A stretch of DNA of 64,000 nt from an uncultured Candidatus Saccharibacteria bacterium (GTDB lineage: Bacteria > Patescibacteriota > Minisyncoccia > UBA6257 > UBA9933): contig CAZXNT010000003.1 of the NCBI GenBank assembly GCA_964642155.1, positions 899 through 64,898 on the forward strand, given 5' to 3'. Shown here piece after piece: positions 37,377 to 48,305 of the stretch. The notes below the pieces were generated by a model, which was given only the letters and a program-made list of their open reading frames with translations, searched no databases and was not told the DNA's origin. Each line of letters begins with the position of its first letter. Position 1 is the stretch's first letter. Made by a program: the position numbers and the translations under genes.

Positions 37377-37405
37377 TTTAATTTACTGAAAATTCTTAAA
37401 CTAAT

Positions 37406-37972
37406 TTATTTTTTAACTTTAAACATTTTTCCGTGCCCCGGGATTATCCAATCCGCCAACTCTAATATTTTTTTCCTGCTTTCTTTTAACTTTTTATTAT
37501 CGCTGGCATACGGGTCGTTTTCTGGAAAATTTTCTTTCCAAAATAAATCGCCGCAAATAGCAATAACGCCTTTATTCGTTTTTACCAAAAGAGTAATATG
37601 GTCGTAATTATGACCCGGCGTTTTTATTATTTGGATATCATCCGTAAAATCTTTTTTCCAATCTTCAACAGTATTTTTGTCCCAAAGCCCAAAATATTCC
37701 AAAGTTTTTGCCCTTGGAAACATTCCTATATTCCGATAATGGTCAATATGAGAATGAGTAATACAAACGACATTCACATCGTCTATGGTTAATCCTTCCT
37801 CTTTTAATCTATTAACGAGAATGTTTTGATCTTCTAATACGCCCGGGTCAACAACCATCGCAATATCTTTATCTCTTACTAAAATAATCGTGGCGCAAGT
37901 TTTCTCTTCGCCGCTTGACGCTCCTGCATCGTCAGTTGTATAGCCCTCTACTAAAATTTTAACTTCTGCCAT
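37406..37972 (-). CDS. MBL-fold metallo-hydrolase
   Basis: ITHSHIDH motif. Confidence 0.75.
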   Translation of the reverse strand: MAEVKILVEGYTTDDAGASSGEEKTCATIILVRDKDIAMVVDPGVLEDQNILVNRLKEEGLTIDDVNVVCITHSHIDHYRNIGMFPRAKTLEYFGLWDKNTVEDWKKDFTDDIQIIKTPGHNYDHITLLVKTNKGVIAICGDLFWKENFPENDPYASDNKKLKESRKKILELADWIIPGHGKMFKVKK

Positions 37973-37979
37973 AAAATTT

Positions 37980-40412
37980 TTACTTTTTTAATTGTTTTTC
38001 TTTTTTAACAACCTCAATAGTGGTTTTAATAATCGTATCCGGATTAAGAGAAATGCTTTCAATACCATCTTCCACTAAAAATTCGGCGAATTCCGGATAA
38101 TCTGAAGGCGCCTGACCGCAAATGCCGATGTATTTCTTTTTGGCGCGGCATTTTTTGACGACTTCGGAAATTAATTTTTTCACCGATGCGTCATTTTCAT
38201 TCGTAATAGCCCTTATCATTTCGTTACCGTCGCGGTCAATACCAACGGTTAATTGCGTCAAATCATTTGAACCGATGCTCATCCCGTCAAAAATTTCCAA
38301 AAATTCATCGGCTAAAATGACATTAGAAGGAATTTCGCACATGACAAAAACTTTTAATTTTTTGCCATTATTTTTTCGCAAGCCGAATTTATCAATAATC
38401 TGCAACACTTTTTTTCCTTCTTCCGGCGTTCTGCAAAACGGCACCATTACCACCACATTATCCAAGCCCATTTCTTCGCGGACTTTTTTAATAGCTTTTA
38501 ATTCCAAAATAAAAGCTGACGCGAAATTCGGATGATAATAACGCGACGCCCCGCGCCAACCAATCATCGGATTTTCCTCCTGCGGCTCATATAATTCGCC
38601 ACCGACAAGCGTTCTATATTCATTAGTTTTAAAATCGGAAAACCTCACAATCACCGGTTTCGGATAAAACGCCGCTCCGATTTTAGCGATTCCATAAGCC
38701 AATTTATCAACATAAAATTGAGTTTTATTTTGATAGCCAATAGTTTTTTTATCAATCTGAGTTTTAAGATTTTGCGACAATTTAGAATAATTTATAAGCG
38801 CATTGGGGTGGATTCCAATATCGCCTGCGATAATAAATTCCTCTCTTGCCAATCCCACTCCGTCATTGGGCAGAAATGATTTCTCAAAAGCCGTATCTGG
38901 TGTGGCGATATTCATCATTATTTTGGTTTTTGGCTTCAGAAACTTCTTGATATTGTGTTCAATAATTTCAAATTTTAAAACGCCATCATATACAAAACCT
39001 TCGCTGCCCGTTGTATCAATCGTAATCATCTGGCCGGTTTTAATTTTTTTGGTAGCGTTTTCTGAACCAACAATACAAGGAATGCCAAGTTCGCGGCTCA
39101 CAATCGCCGCGTGGCTTGTACGCCCGCCCTTGTCCGTAATAATCGCCGAAGCGATTTTCATAATCGGTTCCCAATCCGGGTCAGTCATATCGGTTATTAA
39201 AACCTCTCCCGCCTTAAATTGCCCGACATTTTTCGCGTCTAAAATAATATGCGCCTTTCCAATAGCAATTTTACTGCCTACCGACGCTCCTTTAACTAAA
39301 ATTTTAGGATTTTGGATTTTGGATTTTGGATTTTCTAACTGATATTCCTTGATTTTTGAAAAATTCCGCAACGCATGGATTGTTTCCGGACGCGCCTGGA
39401 CAATAAACAATTCGCCGGTTCTGCCGTCTTTTGCCCATTCCATATCCATCGGCATCCATTTTTTATATTTTTTTGAATAATGCTCTTCAATTAAAACTCC
39501 CCATTTTGCCAATTGCAGAATTTCTTTTTCAGATAAAACAAAAGATTCTTTTTCCTTTTGCGAAGCTGAAATAATTTTTGTGTTTTTTATGGAAACTCCT
39601 TTGCCTTCCGAATAAATCATCTTTTGATTTTTGATGCCAAGTTTTTTGCTGATTATCGCGTTCGGCGACTTATCCAATGTTTTTTTAAAGACAAGAAATT
39701 CATCCGGCGTCACTTCTCCCTGAACAATCATTTCTCCAAGCCCCCAAGAGCCGTTAATTAAAACAACATCGCGAAAGCCTGATTCGGTATCCAAAGTAAA
39801 CATAACGCCGGAACAGCTCAAATCTGAACGAATCATTTTTTGAACACCAACTGAAAGCGCCACTTTAAAATGGTCAAAACCCTTGTCAACGCGGTAAGAA
39901 ATCGCGCGGTTCGTAAACAATGAAGCCATTGCCGATTTCACTGATTTTAAAACTTCTTCCGCGCCGCGAATATTAAGATAAGTTTCGTGTTCGCCGGCAA
40001 ATGACGCACCAGGAAGGTCTTCTGCAGTAGCGGAAGAACGCGCCGCCACATCTACATTTTTGCCGTATTCTTTTTCCATTTGCTCATACGCTTTAATAAT
40101 TTCCTGATTCAATTCTTCCGGAAATTCCGCCTTTTTGATTGTTTCGCGAATTAATTTTCCTCGCTTCGCTAAATCCATAAGATTTTTAGTATTTAAACCC
40201 TGAAGCGTTTTTTTAATAAATTTGTCCAAACCGGTTTCTTCTAAAAAGTATCGATAAGCATCAGCTGTTACCACAAATCCGCCGGGAATTTTTACGCCTT
40301 TAGACGTCAAATTCTGAATCATTTCGCCGAGTGAAGCGTTTTTCCCGCCGACTTCGGAAACGTCTTTTATGCCGACCTCGTTTAATTTTTTAATAAAAGA
40401 TTTGTTATTCAT
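37980..40412 (-). CDS. ppsA: phosphoenolpyruvate synthase (pyruvate, water dikinase)
   Basis: GGKNASLGEM, phospho-His GGRTSHAAIVSRELGIPCIVG, PEP-utilising C-terminal domain. Confidence 0.9.
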   Translation of the reverse strand: MNNKSFIKKLNEVGIKDVSEVGGKNASLGEMIQNLTSKGVKIPGGFVVTADAYRYFLEETGLDKFIKKTLQGLNTKNLMDLAKRGKLIRETIKKAEFPEELNQEIIKAYEQMEKEYGKNVDVAARSSATAEDLPGASFAGEHETYLNIRGAEEVLKSVKSAMASLFTNRAISYRVDKGFDHFKVALSVGVQKMIRSDLSCSGVMFTLDTESGFRDVVLINGSWGLGEMIVQGEVTPDEFLVFKKTLDKSPNAIISKKLGIKNQKMIYSEGKGVSIKNTKIISASQKEKESFVLSEKEILQLAKWGVLIEEHYSKKYKKWMPMDMEWAKDGRTGELFIVQARPETIHALRNFSKIKEYQLENPKSKIQNPKILVKGASVGSKIAIGKAHIILDAKNVGQFKAGEVLITDMTDPDWEPIMKIASAIITDKGGRTSHAAIVSRELGIPCIVGSENATKKIKTGQMITIDTTGSEGFVYDGVLKFEIIEHNIKKFLKPKTKIMMNIATPDTAFEKSFLPNDGVGLAREEFIIAGDIGIHPNALINYSKLSQNLKTQIDKKTIGYQNKTQFYVDKLAYGIAKIGAAFYPKPVIVRFSDFKTNEYRTLVGGELYEPQEENPMIGWRGASRYYHPNFASAFILELKAIKKVREEMGLDNVVVMVPFCRTPEEGKKVLQIIDKFGLRKNNGKKLKVFVMCEIPSNVILADEFLEIFDGMSIGSNDLTQLTVGIDRDGNEMIRAITNENDASVKKLISEVVKKCRAKKKYIGICGQAPSDYPEFAEFLVEDGIESISLNPDTIIKTTIEVVKKEKQLKK

Positions 40413-40486
40413 AAAATAATTATAAAATAAAATTGTAAAAATATAAAGCCCCTCTTATCAGTGGGGCTTCAAAATAAACACCTCCT

Positions 40487-41080
40487 TTACCAAACCATTA
40501 TTCTTATATTTTTATCTTTTACATTAAATCTTTTAAATCCTTTTATCCTATCGACATCTTCCGCCGTTAAATCTAAAATAATTCCCGCCATCTTTATGGC
40601 ATCGCCATTTTTCATACGAATACATCCCCGACTCGCTTTTTTGCCGATGCTTGCCTCATCGTTTGTTCCATGCAAACGAATCGGAAATTTCATCGGCTGA
40701 TCAAATTCAAAAATAAATTTAACCCTTCCCATGGCATTTCTATGGTGCCCGGGTAGCACAATATTTGGTAATTCCACTTTCTTTTTTTTCAAATAATCCT
40801 CTTTTGTATTTGGGGTCGGCTTCCAAAAAGGATTGATTTGAATTTCTATCAATTTGCCGGTAAGCGGTAATTGATAATAATCTCCTTTTGGAACGCCGAT
40901 GGCATAAGCACTCACTTTGAGCCGCCTATTTTTCTCAAATAAATACAGTGTCCTCTCTGAAAAAGAAACCGAAATGACTGCTTTTTCATTTGTGGTCGCG
41001 CCGAGCTCAGTGGGCATTAATAAAATAACGCTTACTATCTTAAAAACCAGATACCACTTTATTAATTTCTTAAAGAACAT
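40487..41080 (-). CDS. L,D-transpeptidase (YkuD family)
   Basis: LHGTNDEASIGKKASRGCIRM catalytic Cys motif. N-terminal signal/TM. Confidence 0.8.
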   Translation of the reverse strand: MFFKKLIKWYLVFKIVSVILLMPTELGATTNEKAVISVSFSERTLYLFEKNRRLKVSAYAIGVPKGDYYQLPLTGKLIEIQINPFWKPTPNTKEDYLKKKKVELPNIVLPGHHRNAMGRVKFIFEFDQPMKFPIRLHGTNDEASIGKKASRGCIRMKNGDAIKMAGIILDLTAEDVDRIKGFKRFNVKDKNIRIMVW

Positions 41081-41102
41081 CCGACACCTCCTTTTATCTA
41101 AA

Positions 41103-42434
41103 TTATTTTAACACAACCATTAAATCCGCCACATTAAAACATTTCTTTTTAGCATAAATTAAATCATCGGTTTTGTCAAAAAAGTCAAACGATTTATTTT
41201 GTTTTAAAAATTCTTCCGGAGAAATGCCCGACTCCTCCGCTTTTTTTAAAGTCAAAATATCGCTAATCGCTCCCGCAGCCTCGGTATTGTCATGACCATC
41301 GGAAGTAAAAGACATTATAATTAAATTTTCAATTTTAAATTTTAAATTTTTAATTTTTGCCAAAGCGCCAAGTACAGATTCCGTATTTCTTCCGCCTTTG
41401 CCTTTCGGCCGGCCCTCTAAATCAACTGTTGTTTCGCCAGCCGCTAAAAATGCCTGACCAGATTTTACCATCTTAATCATCGGCATTAACGCGTTTTTTG
41501 CCTCGCCCTGCAACGTTAAGGAATAAATTTTCGTTTTAAAGCCCAATTCTTTTGATTTTTTCATCATCGCCATTATCGCGTCCTGATTACAAATAAAAAG
41601 AATATTTTTAACTTTTTTAAAATATTTTTTTTCTTTTGGATTTTCATGAAAATGAAATTTCTTTGACTCAAGGCCGTATTTTTTTAAAATTTTCTCCGCG
41701 TCTTTATTTGTTGTTTTATCGTAAACCGTCGGGCCCGAAGCGATAAAAGACAAATCATTGCCGCAAATATCCGATACAATCAAAGAAACGATTGTCGCCG
41801 GATAAGCCATTTTTGCCAATCCTCCGCCCTTCACTTCTGATAAATGTTTTCTAATGGTGTTTAATTTAAAAATATCGGCGCCGACTTCGGTCAAATGTTT
41901 AAAAATCTCCTGCGAATGCTTTAATTCTTTTTCCGAACCGCACATTAACGCCGAACCGCCGCCGCAGATAAATGTAATCAACAAATCGTCCTTGTTTAAA
42001 TTTTTCGCAAGCTTGATAATTTCCCGCGTGGCTCTGATGTTTTGTTTTGATGGAAGAGGATGCGTACCTTTAAAAATTTTTAATTTCCAATTTTTAATTT
42101 TAAATTTTGGCTTAACGATGTCTAAAGCAATACCGCTAGTCAATTTATTTTTTAAAATTTCCGCTAAAGCTACGCTTGCCAACGCCGAACCCTTGCCAAC
42201 GCCAACAATAAAAACTCTTTTAAAATTATTTAAATTCAATTTTAAAGGAGGTTTGACCTCCCGAATATTAACTACAATTTTAGGAGGTCGAACCTCCAAA
42301 ATATTGCCGTCTAAATTTATTCGCTCCGAAACCGTCTTTTCAATTTCAATCGCCTCATATCCCGCCTCGGCAATTAAAAGCGCCTTTCTACGCAAAGAAT
42401 TTCTAGCTAAATTTTTAAAATTGGAGATAATCAT
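41103..42434 (-). CDS. glycerate 2-kinase (MOFRL family)
   Basis: MOFRL N- and C-terminal domains, ~440 aa. Confidence 0.7.
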   Translation of the reverse strand: MIISNFKNLARNSLRRKALLIAEAGYEAIEIEKTVSERINLDGNILEVRPPKIVVNIREVKPPLKLNLNNFKRVFIVGVGKGSALASVALAEILKNKLTSGIALDIVKPKFKIKNWKLKIFKGTHPLPSKQNIRATREIIKLAKNLNKDDLLITFICGGGSALMCGSEKELKHSQEIFKHLTEVGADIFKLNTIRKHLSEVKGGGLAKMAYPATIVSLIVSDICGNDLSFIASGPTVYDKTTNKDAEKILKKYGLESKKFHFHENPKEKKYFKKVKNILFICNQDAIMAMMKKSKELGFKTKIYSLTLQGEAKNALMPMIKMVKSGQAFLAAGETTVDLEGRPKGKGGRNTESVLGALAKIKNLKFKIENLIIMSFTSDGHDNTEAAGAISDILTLKKAEESGISPEEFLKQNKSFDFFDKTDDLIYAKKKCFNVADLMVVLK

Positions 42435-43357
42435 TATTTAATAAAATAAAATATAATCGGCGCGACAATAAACGATAAAACCGTTGAAATAAATAAAGAA
42501 TTGCCGACTAATTCTTTATTTAAATTAAATTTTTCGGCAATAACGAAAGTCGTCACCGCCACCGGCATTGAAGAAAGCAAAATTAAAATTTGATAATTTT
42601 CCGATTTTAAAAAATAAAAGAGCGTTATAAATACAATAATCGGGAAACAAATAACCTTTAAAAAAGAGACAAAAAACGCCAACCCCAAATCTTTCTTTAA
42701 AAATCTTCCGTATAAAAACGCCCCCAAAGTGAATAAGGCGATTGGCGAAGCCGTGGCTCCCAGCATAGAAATTGATTTTTTAACGGCAAAAATTAAAAAA
42801 TGATCTATTGATAAAATTTTCAAAAAACTCAAAGCAATGCCGACAAAAACCGAAATCATCAGGGGATTTCTGATAAACGCCGATATTTCTTTTACAATAT
42901 CGTATTCTTCATTATGCCAATATCTGATAATAAAGATTGAAATCAATATCGGCGCAACTAAATAAATTACCCCTATTAAAGCGCCATTTAAAATAAATTC
43001 CTTCCCAAAACCCAATTCAATCAAGGGAAATCCCATATAAATCGTATTGCCGACAGTTGCTGTTAAAAATATGGCTGCTTTTAAATCTTTTTTTATTTTT
43101 AAGAAATAAAGCGAAATAAAAACAACCAAAGAAAATAATCCCAAAGTCAGCAAACTTGAAAAAATAATATTCCAAGATTCTTTATTTAAAAAATTAATAT
43201 CCCAAAAACTGGCGATAATTAAAGCCGGCAAAGAAATATAATAAGCAAAAACGTTTAAAATATGCACCCAATCATCCGTCGCTATTTTAAATTTTTTAAA
43301 AAGCCAGCCACTTAAAATAATTAAAAATATAGGAAGTGAAATTAAAAATGTGGACAT
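42434..43357 (-). CDS. AEC (auxin efflux carrier) family transporter
   Basis: 10-TM pattern, 307 aa. Confidence 0.65.
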   Translation of the reverse strand: MSTFLISLPIFLIILSGWLFKKFKIATDDWVHILNVFAYYISLPALIIASFWDINFLNKESWNIIFSSLLTLGLFSLVVFISLYFLKIKKDLKAAIFLTATVGNTIYMGFPLIELGFGKEFILNGALIGVIYLVAPILISIFIIRYWHNEEYDIVKEISAFIRNPLMISVFVGIALSFLKILSIDHFLIFAVKKSISMLGATASPIALFTLGAFLYGRFLKKDLGLAFFVSFLKVICFPIIVFITLFYFLKSENYQILILLSSMPVAVTTFVIAEKFNLNKELVGNSLFISTVLSFIVAPIIFYFIK

Positions 43358-43378
43358 GAATTAATTCTAACACAAAAT

Positions 43379-44113
43379 CTACTTTTTTCTAAAATCCAAC
43401 TGCTTAAATGGCTGAGGCTTGTCTGAAGAACGCCAATTTTCCCATTGCTGTTTTAATTGCTTATAACCAAGACCATGGGAATGATAGACGGAAAATTTAA
43501 TGTCTCGCGCCGCTTTATATCCTTTAGAAAACCAATAATTCGCCCACTCCCCGTCTTCTCCGCCAAGACCGTATTTTTCATTGAAATTTCTTTTCTCCCA
43601 TAAATCTTTCCTAATTATTGCATTTGTAAAACCCATTACCCCCATTCCTCCCTGCTCAATAATAATTTTCTTTTAAAATATATTTCTAATTTTGCAAAGA
43701 TATTTATTAAAAATCAGTTTTTCCCAAACAGAACCGTCGGACAACGCCCAAACAAAACCATAAACTCCCATTATTTTATCATCTGTAAAATTTTTTAATC
43801 CATCCGCAAGCCATGTTTTAGATATAGGCAAAGAATGCCCGCTTAAAATAACCAAATATTTTTCAGCCAAAGATTGTTTAATGCCGTAATTTAAGGCAAA
43901 AGGATAACTAAATTCTTCTTGTTTTATTTTAAAAATTCTAATATTTAAAATTTCGGAAAATTGATTAACAATATCAAGAGTTTTGTCAGTTGACCCGGAA
44001 TCAACAATAATAATTTCAAAATTTTTATAAGTTTGGCTGGATAAACGCTTTAAAATTTCTCCAATCCATTTTTCTTCGTTTTTAGTTCTTATAATTATTA
44101 AAACTTCAACCAT
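43379..44113 (-). pseudogene. family-2 glycosyltransferase interrupted by in-frame TAA (43673..43675)
   Basis: The N-part (IIIVDSGSTDKT, GT-A) and C-part (GGEDGEW...YHSHG) are in the same frame, separated by one TAA and 9 codons. Confidence 0.55.
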
Positions 44114-44163
44114 AAATAAAATTTAATTTTTTATTTTGTTATTATTTAGATATTGACCTACGG

Positions 44164-46008
44164 CTAATTTTTTTCCGAAACAAACGCTATTGTTCCGTAA
44201 AAAGTAGTCCCCGTCCCTTCTTCGGAAGCCGCGCCAATCGTTCCATTGTGGGCTTCAATGATGCCCTTAGCAATTGCCAAACCAAGACCGGTTCCTTTTT
44301 GTTCAACTTTCAAAATACGGGATTGAAATTGTTTGAATTTATTGAAAAGCAAAGGAATATTTTCGGTAGAAATTCCGATGCCGGTATCGGTTACGGCGAT
44401 AATCAAGGAATCGGGAAGATTTTGGATGTTTTTGTCGTCTCCGTGTATTAACCATTCGATTTGGGCCTGTTTCGCTTCCTGGTCAAGATTCTGACCCTTT
44501 CTGTGAATTAACGCTTGAATGGTTACTATTCCTCCGGGCTTGGTGAATTTTAAAGCATTGGAAATAAAATTATTGAAAACCTGGGCTATGCGGACCGGGT
44601 CAACGGAAACCACATCGAGAAAGCCGTCTACCGCAATTTTAAGTGTAATCTTTGCTTCTTTGGCGGCCAACTCGTAGAAATGTATTTTATCCTGAATAAT
44701 TTCTTTGATATTTGTCGGCTGTTTGTGAATTTCAAACTTACCTGCTTCTAATTTAGCCGCGTCCAAAAGGTCATTAACAAGGTCCAACATTCCGCGAGTG
44801 TTTTTCGAAACCATTTGAGTCATTTCTATATAATCTTTGTCTCCCGGCTTCAATGCCCCATCTCCTAAAAGTTCAAGAATTTTCATTACGTTGCTCAACG
44901 GCGAACGAAGCTCATGCACCATCATGGATATAAAATCTTCACGCAAACGTTCAAGTTCTTTTTCTTGAGTAATATCATGTAAAATAACTACGCCTCCGAG
45001 AGTTTCCTCGCCTTTAATTCCGACAACGCTGCGCACGGGAGCCACTAATATCTGATAAAATTTATCTAAAACTACAACATCCTGCGCAGCAAGAGTTTTT
45101 CCGAGTTTTACGCTTTCTTCCAGTTTCCCCCGAATATCAAATTTTCCTCCTAAAACGTCAATAATGTCAAAAATAGTAATATCGTTTTTTGCAGTAAGAC
45201 CGAGAATCCTTTTTGCCGCCGGGTTCACCACTAAAAGCCGATAGTCCTGGTCAGTCATAATAACTCCTTCGGTCATGCTTTCCACCATGGAATTTACTTT
45301 GCGCTGTTCCGTTTGCACCACTTCCTGAAGACGCGTAACTGCCTGGGACGCTTGGTGAGTAATTTTATAAAGAATCGTCATTTCTTCTTCTTTATAAAGA
45401 CCCTTTTCTGTATGCGCCACCGTGAGCATCCCCACCACTTTTTCGCCGATAATAAGGGGAATATTAAAAAACGAGCCAACAAGCACATCTATGTCTTCCA
45501 AAAGAATGGCTCCTGAAAGTAATTCTTCCACTTGGTTTTTTTTAAATTCCCTGTCAAGAAGCGCGGAAAGTGATTTTAACATTCTGTCTTCAATTTCATT
45601 TACAAATGACCGGGAAACCGATTCTTCTAGATGCACCTTAAAAATAATTCTTTCGCCCCCCAAAAGCATATATGAAGCCGCGGAATATTCGATAAACTGA
45701 TGCAAAGAGCCCGTAATAATATCAACGATGTTCTGGATATTAAGCGAGTAGCCAACCCGCTCGCCTAATTCCTTAAGAATTGCTAGTTCGTACATCCGTC
45801 TGTTTATTTCATCTCCTCCGCGTTCAATGTTGGTTTTGGATAACTGCAGTTGTTTTTCAAATTGAATTTTGATTTCTTTTTCCCGCGCCTCCATAACAGC
45901 GACGATTTTTTTATTTTTCCAAAACGCAAAAATAACCGCGCCCGTGATAAAACCGACGACAAACAATATTACTCCAAATATCATTTCAAAATTGTACATT
46001 GAAAGCAA
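44164..46008 (-). CDS. sensor histidine kinase (TM, GAF/PAS, HisKA, HATPase)
   Basis: H-box HELRSPLSNV and G-boxes GTGLGLAIAKGIIEAHNG. No response regulator adjacent. Confidence 0.85.
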   Translation of the reverse strand: MLSMYNFEMIFGVILFVVGFITGAVIFAFWKNKKIVAVMEAREKEIKIQFEKQLQLSKTNIERGGDEINRRMYELAILKELGERVGYSLNIQNIVDIITGSLHQFIEYSAASYMLLGGERIIFKVHLEESVSRSFVNEIEDRMLKSLSALLDREFKKNQVEELLSGAILLEDIDVLVGSFFNIPLIIGEKVVGMLTVAHTEKGLYKEEEMTILYKITHQASQAVTRLQEVVQTEQRKVNSMVESMTEGVIMTDQDYRLLVVNPAAKRILGLTAKNDITIFDIIDVLGGKFDIRGKLEESVKLGKTLAAQDVVVLDKFYQILVAPVRSVVGIKGEETLGGVVILHDITQEKELERLREDFISMMVHELRSPLSNVMKILELLGDGALKPGDKDYIEMTQMVSKNTRGMLDLVNDLLDAAKLEAGKFEIHKQPTNIKEIIQDKIHFYELAAKEAKITLKIAVDGFLDVVSVDPVRIAQVFNNFISNALKFTKPGGIVTIQALIHRKGQNLDQEAKQAQIEWLIHGDDKNIQNLPDSLIIAVTDTGIGISTENIPLLFNKFKQFQSRILKVEQKGTGLGLAIAKGIIEAHNGTIGAASEEGTGTTFYGTIAFVSEKN

Positions 46009-46034
46009 AATTAAAGATTAATTTGCCAATACTA

Positions 46035-46379
46035 TTATTTTTCATCCGCCGAAATTACCGACTTGTAGATAGAACTGGTCAGGCGCGCGGCCACGGTGAT
46101 AAAAATCATGGAAATTAACAAAAATCCATGGCTTATCACATAATGAAAAAAATCTCTCAGTTCTACGGGTAATGGAATAAGGTCATGAAAAATATGGTCA
46201 ACCCCCCAAAGTGTGAAAAAAATTGAAGAAAGTATAAACCATAAATAAGGCCTTCTAATCTGGCCACCCACCAACAATTTTCGCGCCACAATCAATTGCC
46301 AGATTGTATAAATGGACAATCCGACAAAAATGAACAATGGCACCTCATAAATTATTTTTAACATGATGTTAATTATCAT
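46035..46379 (-). CDS. hypothetical membrane protein
   Basis: 114 aa with 3 hydrophobic helices. Confidence 0.4.
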   Translation of the reverse strand: MIINIMLKIIYEVPLFIFVGLSIYTIWQLIVARKLLVGGQIRRPYLWFILSSIFFTLWGVDHIFHDLIPLPVELRDFFHYVISHGFLLISMIFITVAARLTSSIYKSVISADEK

Positions 46380-46458
46380 AAACTACAGACATAACTCTTA
46401 TTAATGAACTTTTTAGCAAGTTTAAGTCAGAGTTTATGAATTTTTAATATATTAATTT

Positions 46459-46731
46459 TTATTCGACTTTTTTATTGAGACTCGGATATTTAGCGAGAAC
46501 CGAGTCCATAGCGTTTTTCACGATGAGTCCGGAGAGCGCGACATATTCATCCATTAGTTTTTGGAATACCGCCTGCGGTTCTCCGTTAATATCGACGACT
46601 ATTCCGTTATCCTCAATTTTTAATTCCTTGACATTACGCGCTTTTAACACGGCAATGTTGGGCCCCAAAATAACAATTTGTTTTTGAATAACCTCTGTTA
46701 GCAGGGATTTATATTGTTCTATATTTTCCAT
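46459..46731 (-). CDS. hypothetical protein
   Basis: 90-aa ORF with no recognisable motif. Confidence 0.35.
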   Translation of the reverse strand: MENIEQYKSLLTEVIQKQIVILGPNIAVLKARNVKELKIEDNGIVVDINGEPQAVFQKLMDEYVALSGLIVKNAMDSVLAKYPSLNKKVE

Positions 46732-46895
46732 AATATTATTTTTTATTTAATGCGTAAACACGCTAACAAACGATTCTTCGACCTTAGAACCACCCAAATA
46801 ATTTTCGTCTTATTTTATATAGTATACTATTTATTCCATTCCAATAAAAATAGTTATCCACAGCCCCCCCATAACTTCTCCCCGACTTGGCAATT

Positions 46896-47351
46896 TTAAA
46901 AAATATTATTTATTTTTATTTTTCTGCCCCTAAATTCAAATTCATCTCCAGATTTCTTTTGCAAAAATATTTGACCGATTGGAGATCCTACACTTATTAA
47001 TTTATATTTCTTTTTATTAATACTAATCTCATTAAGAATTCCAACTGAAATAAAATAATTGCTCTTATTCGTTTCAATAATTGAACCTAATTTGATTTTA
47101 TCAGTAATTTCAAATGGCATTTCATTTACAAAAGACAATAATTGCCGTACATCAAAAAGCTGTTTTTTATAAGAACTAACCGCGGCTTGAGCCTCTTCTT
47201 TAAAAGTATCATATCGCGATTCCATTCTGCCTTTATGACTAGCCGATTCTTTTTGCGCATTATCAATGGCATTTTTTAAAAAATCTATCTTTTTTTCCAA
47301 TTCTAATTTAGAAAATTCAATTAATTTCTTTTTAATTTCAATTTTATTCAT
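46896..47351 (-). CDS. greA: transcription elongation factor GreA
   Basis: Coiled-coil N-terminus and FKBP-like C-terminus (SVGSPIGQIFLQKKSGDEFEF). Confidence 0.8.
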   Translation of the reverse strand: MNKIEIKKKLIEFSKLELEKKIDFLKNAIDNAQKESASHKGRMESRYDTFKEEAQAAVSSYKKQLFDVRQLLSFVNEMPFEITDKIKLGSIIETNKSNYFISVGILNEISINKKKYKLISVGSPIGQIFLQKKSGDEFEFRGRKIKINNIF

Positions 47352-47500
47352 TTTGTTTTTAAAAATTTAATTATCTTTTTATAGCAATTTATACAAATAT
47401 GGAATTTTCTGACTTTGTTTTTATTGGGCGGACTAAACAAAATGGCGCCGAATTTATTTAATTCCTTTTTGCAAAAATCGCATTTGGGTTTTATCGCCAT
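47348..47500 (-). CDS. small zinc-ribbon protein (50 aa), stop overlaps the greA start (ATGA)
   Basis: MAIKPKCDFCKK...FHICINCYKK with two CxxC pairs. Translationally coupled arrangement. Below the 60-aa ORF-track cutoff. Confidence 0.45.
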   Translation of the reverse strand: MAIKPKCDFCKKELNKFGAILFSPPNKNKVRKFHICINCYKKIIKFLKTK

Positions 47501-47570
47501 AAATTTATTTTTTTATTTTTATTTTGTTTATTCCAACCCCGCAAAATGCGGGGTGAGAATTAACTAATTT

Positions 47571-48245
47571 TTATTTTTTGTGAATTTTAATCCCGTCTTC
47601 TCCAATAGTAATAAAAATTGAAGGAACATCTGTCCAACAGCCAGCATTAAAATAATTAACACCCATTATAACTTCTTTCGCTTCCCGATGAGTGTGCCCG
47701 CAAAAAACATAACGAATGCCCCTTTTTAAAGCATAACGCGCCGCGTTCTGGGCAACTTTTCCAGAAAGCCGAAGCCAACTTTTAGAAGCTCTTTTTATAA
47801 AACGGCTGAATCTTAAATCAAATCTTTGCAAAATTCTGTAAATAAACGAGGCAATATCGCTAATAACCTTGTTATTTGCTAAAAACCTATCAAACTGATG
47901 GCCGTGAATTGCCAGATATTTTTCATTTTTATAATTCCAAACATATTCCTGAAACACTTTAATTCCGATAAAACGGGATATTACTTTGAATATAAATTCG
48001 TCGTGATTTCCCAAAACCCAAACTATTTCAATATTGCTTTTTGGGTTGGAAAGTTCCTGAATATAAGAAAGTAATTCCCAATGATTTCTCTCTAAGTGAT
48101 TGAAATTTAAATCATCAAAAATATCACCAAGAAGAATAAGGCGGCTGAAACTGTGATTTTTAAGGACATTGAGCAATTCTTTTGCCCGGCTTACCTCCGA
48201 ACCAAGATGAATATCGGAAACGATAATTGTGTTAATTTTAGGCAT
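47571..48245 (-). CDS. calcineurin-like metallophosphoesterase
   Basis: VSDIHLG, GDIFDD, GNHDE motifs. Confidence 0.75.
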   Translation of the reverse strand: MPKINTIIVSDIHLGSEVSRAKELLNVLKNHSFSRLILLGDIFDDLNFNHLERNHWELLSYIQELSNPKSNIEIVWVLGNHDEFIFKVISRFIGIKVFQEYVWNYKNEKYLAIHGHQFDRFLANNKVISDIASFIYRILQRFDLRFSRFIKRASKSWLRLSGKVAQNAARYALKRGIRYVFCGHTHREAKEVIMGVNYFNAGCWTDVPSIFITIGEDGIKIHKK

Positions 48246-48305
48246 AAATTTAAAGTTTTCTTACTATTTATTATAATATTATCAAAAATTTGAAATTGAC
48301 ATAAT

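Noticed and set aside
38803-39342. 179-aa plus-strand ORF, and similar antisense ORFs inside ppsA, clpC-like, ileS and smc
   Set aside because: They lie antisense within strongly supported long genes and are typical shadow ORFs.
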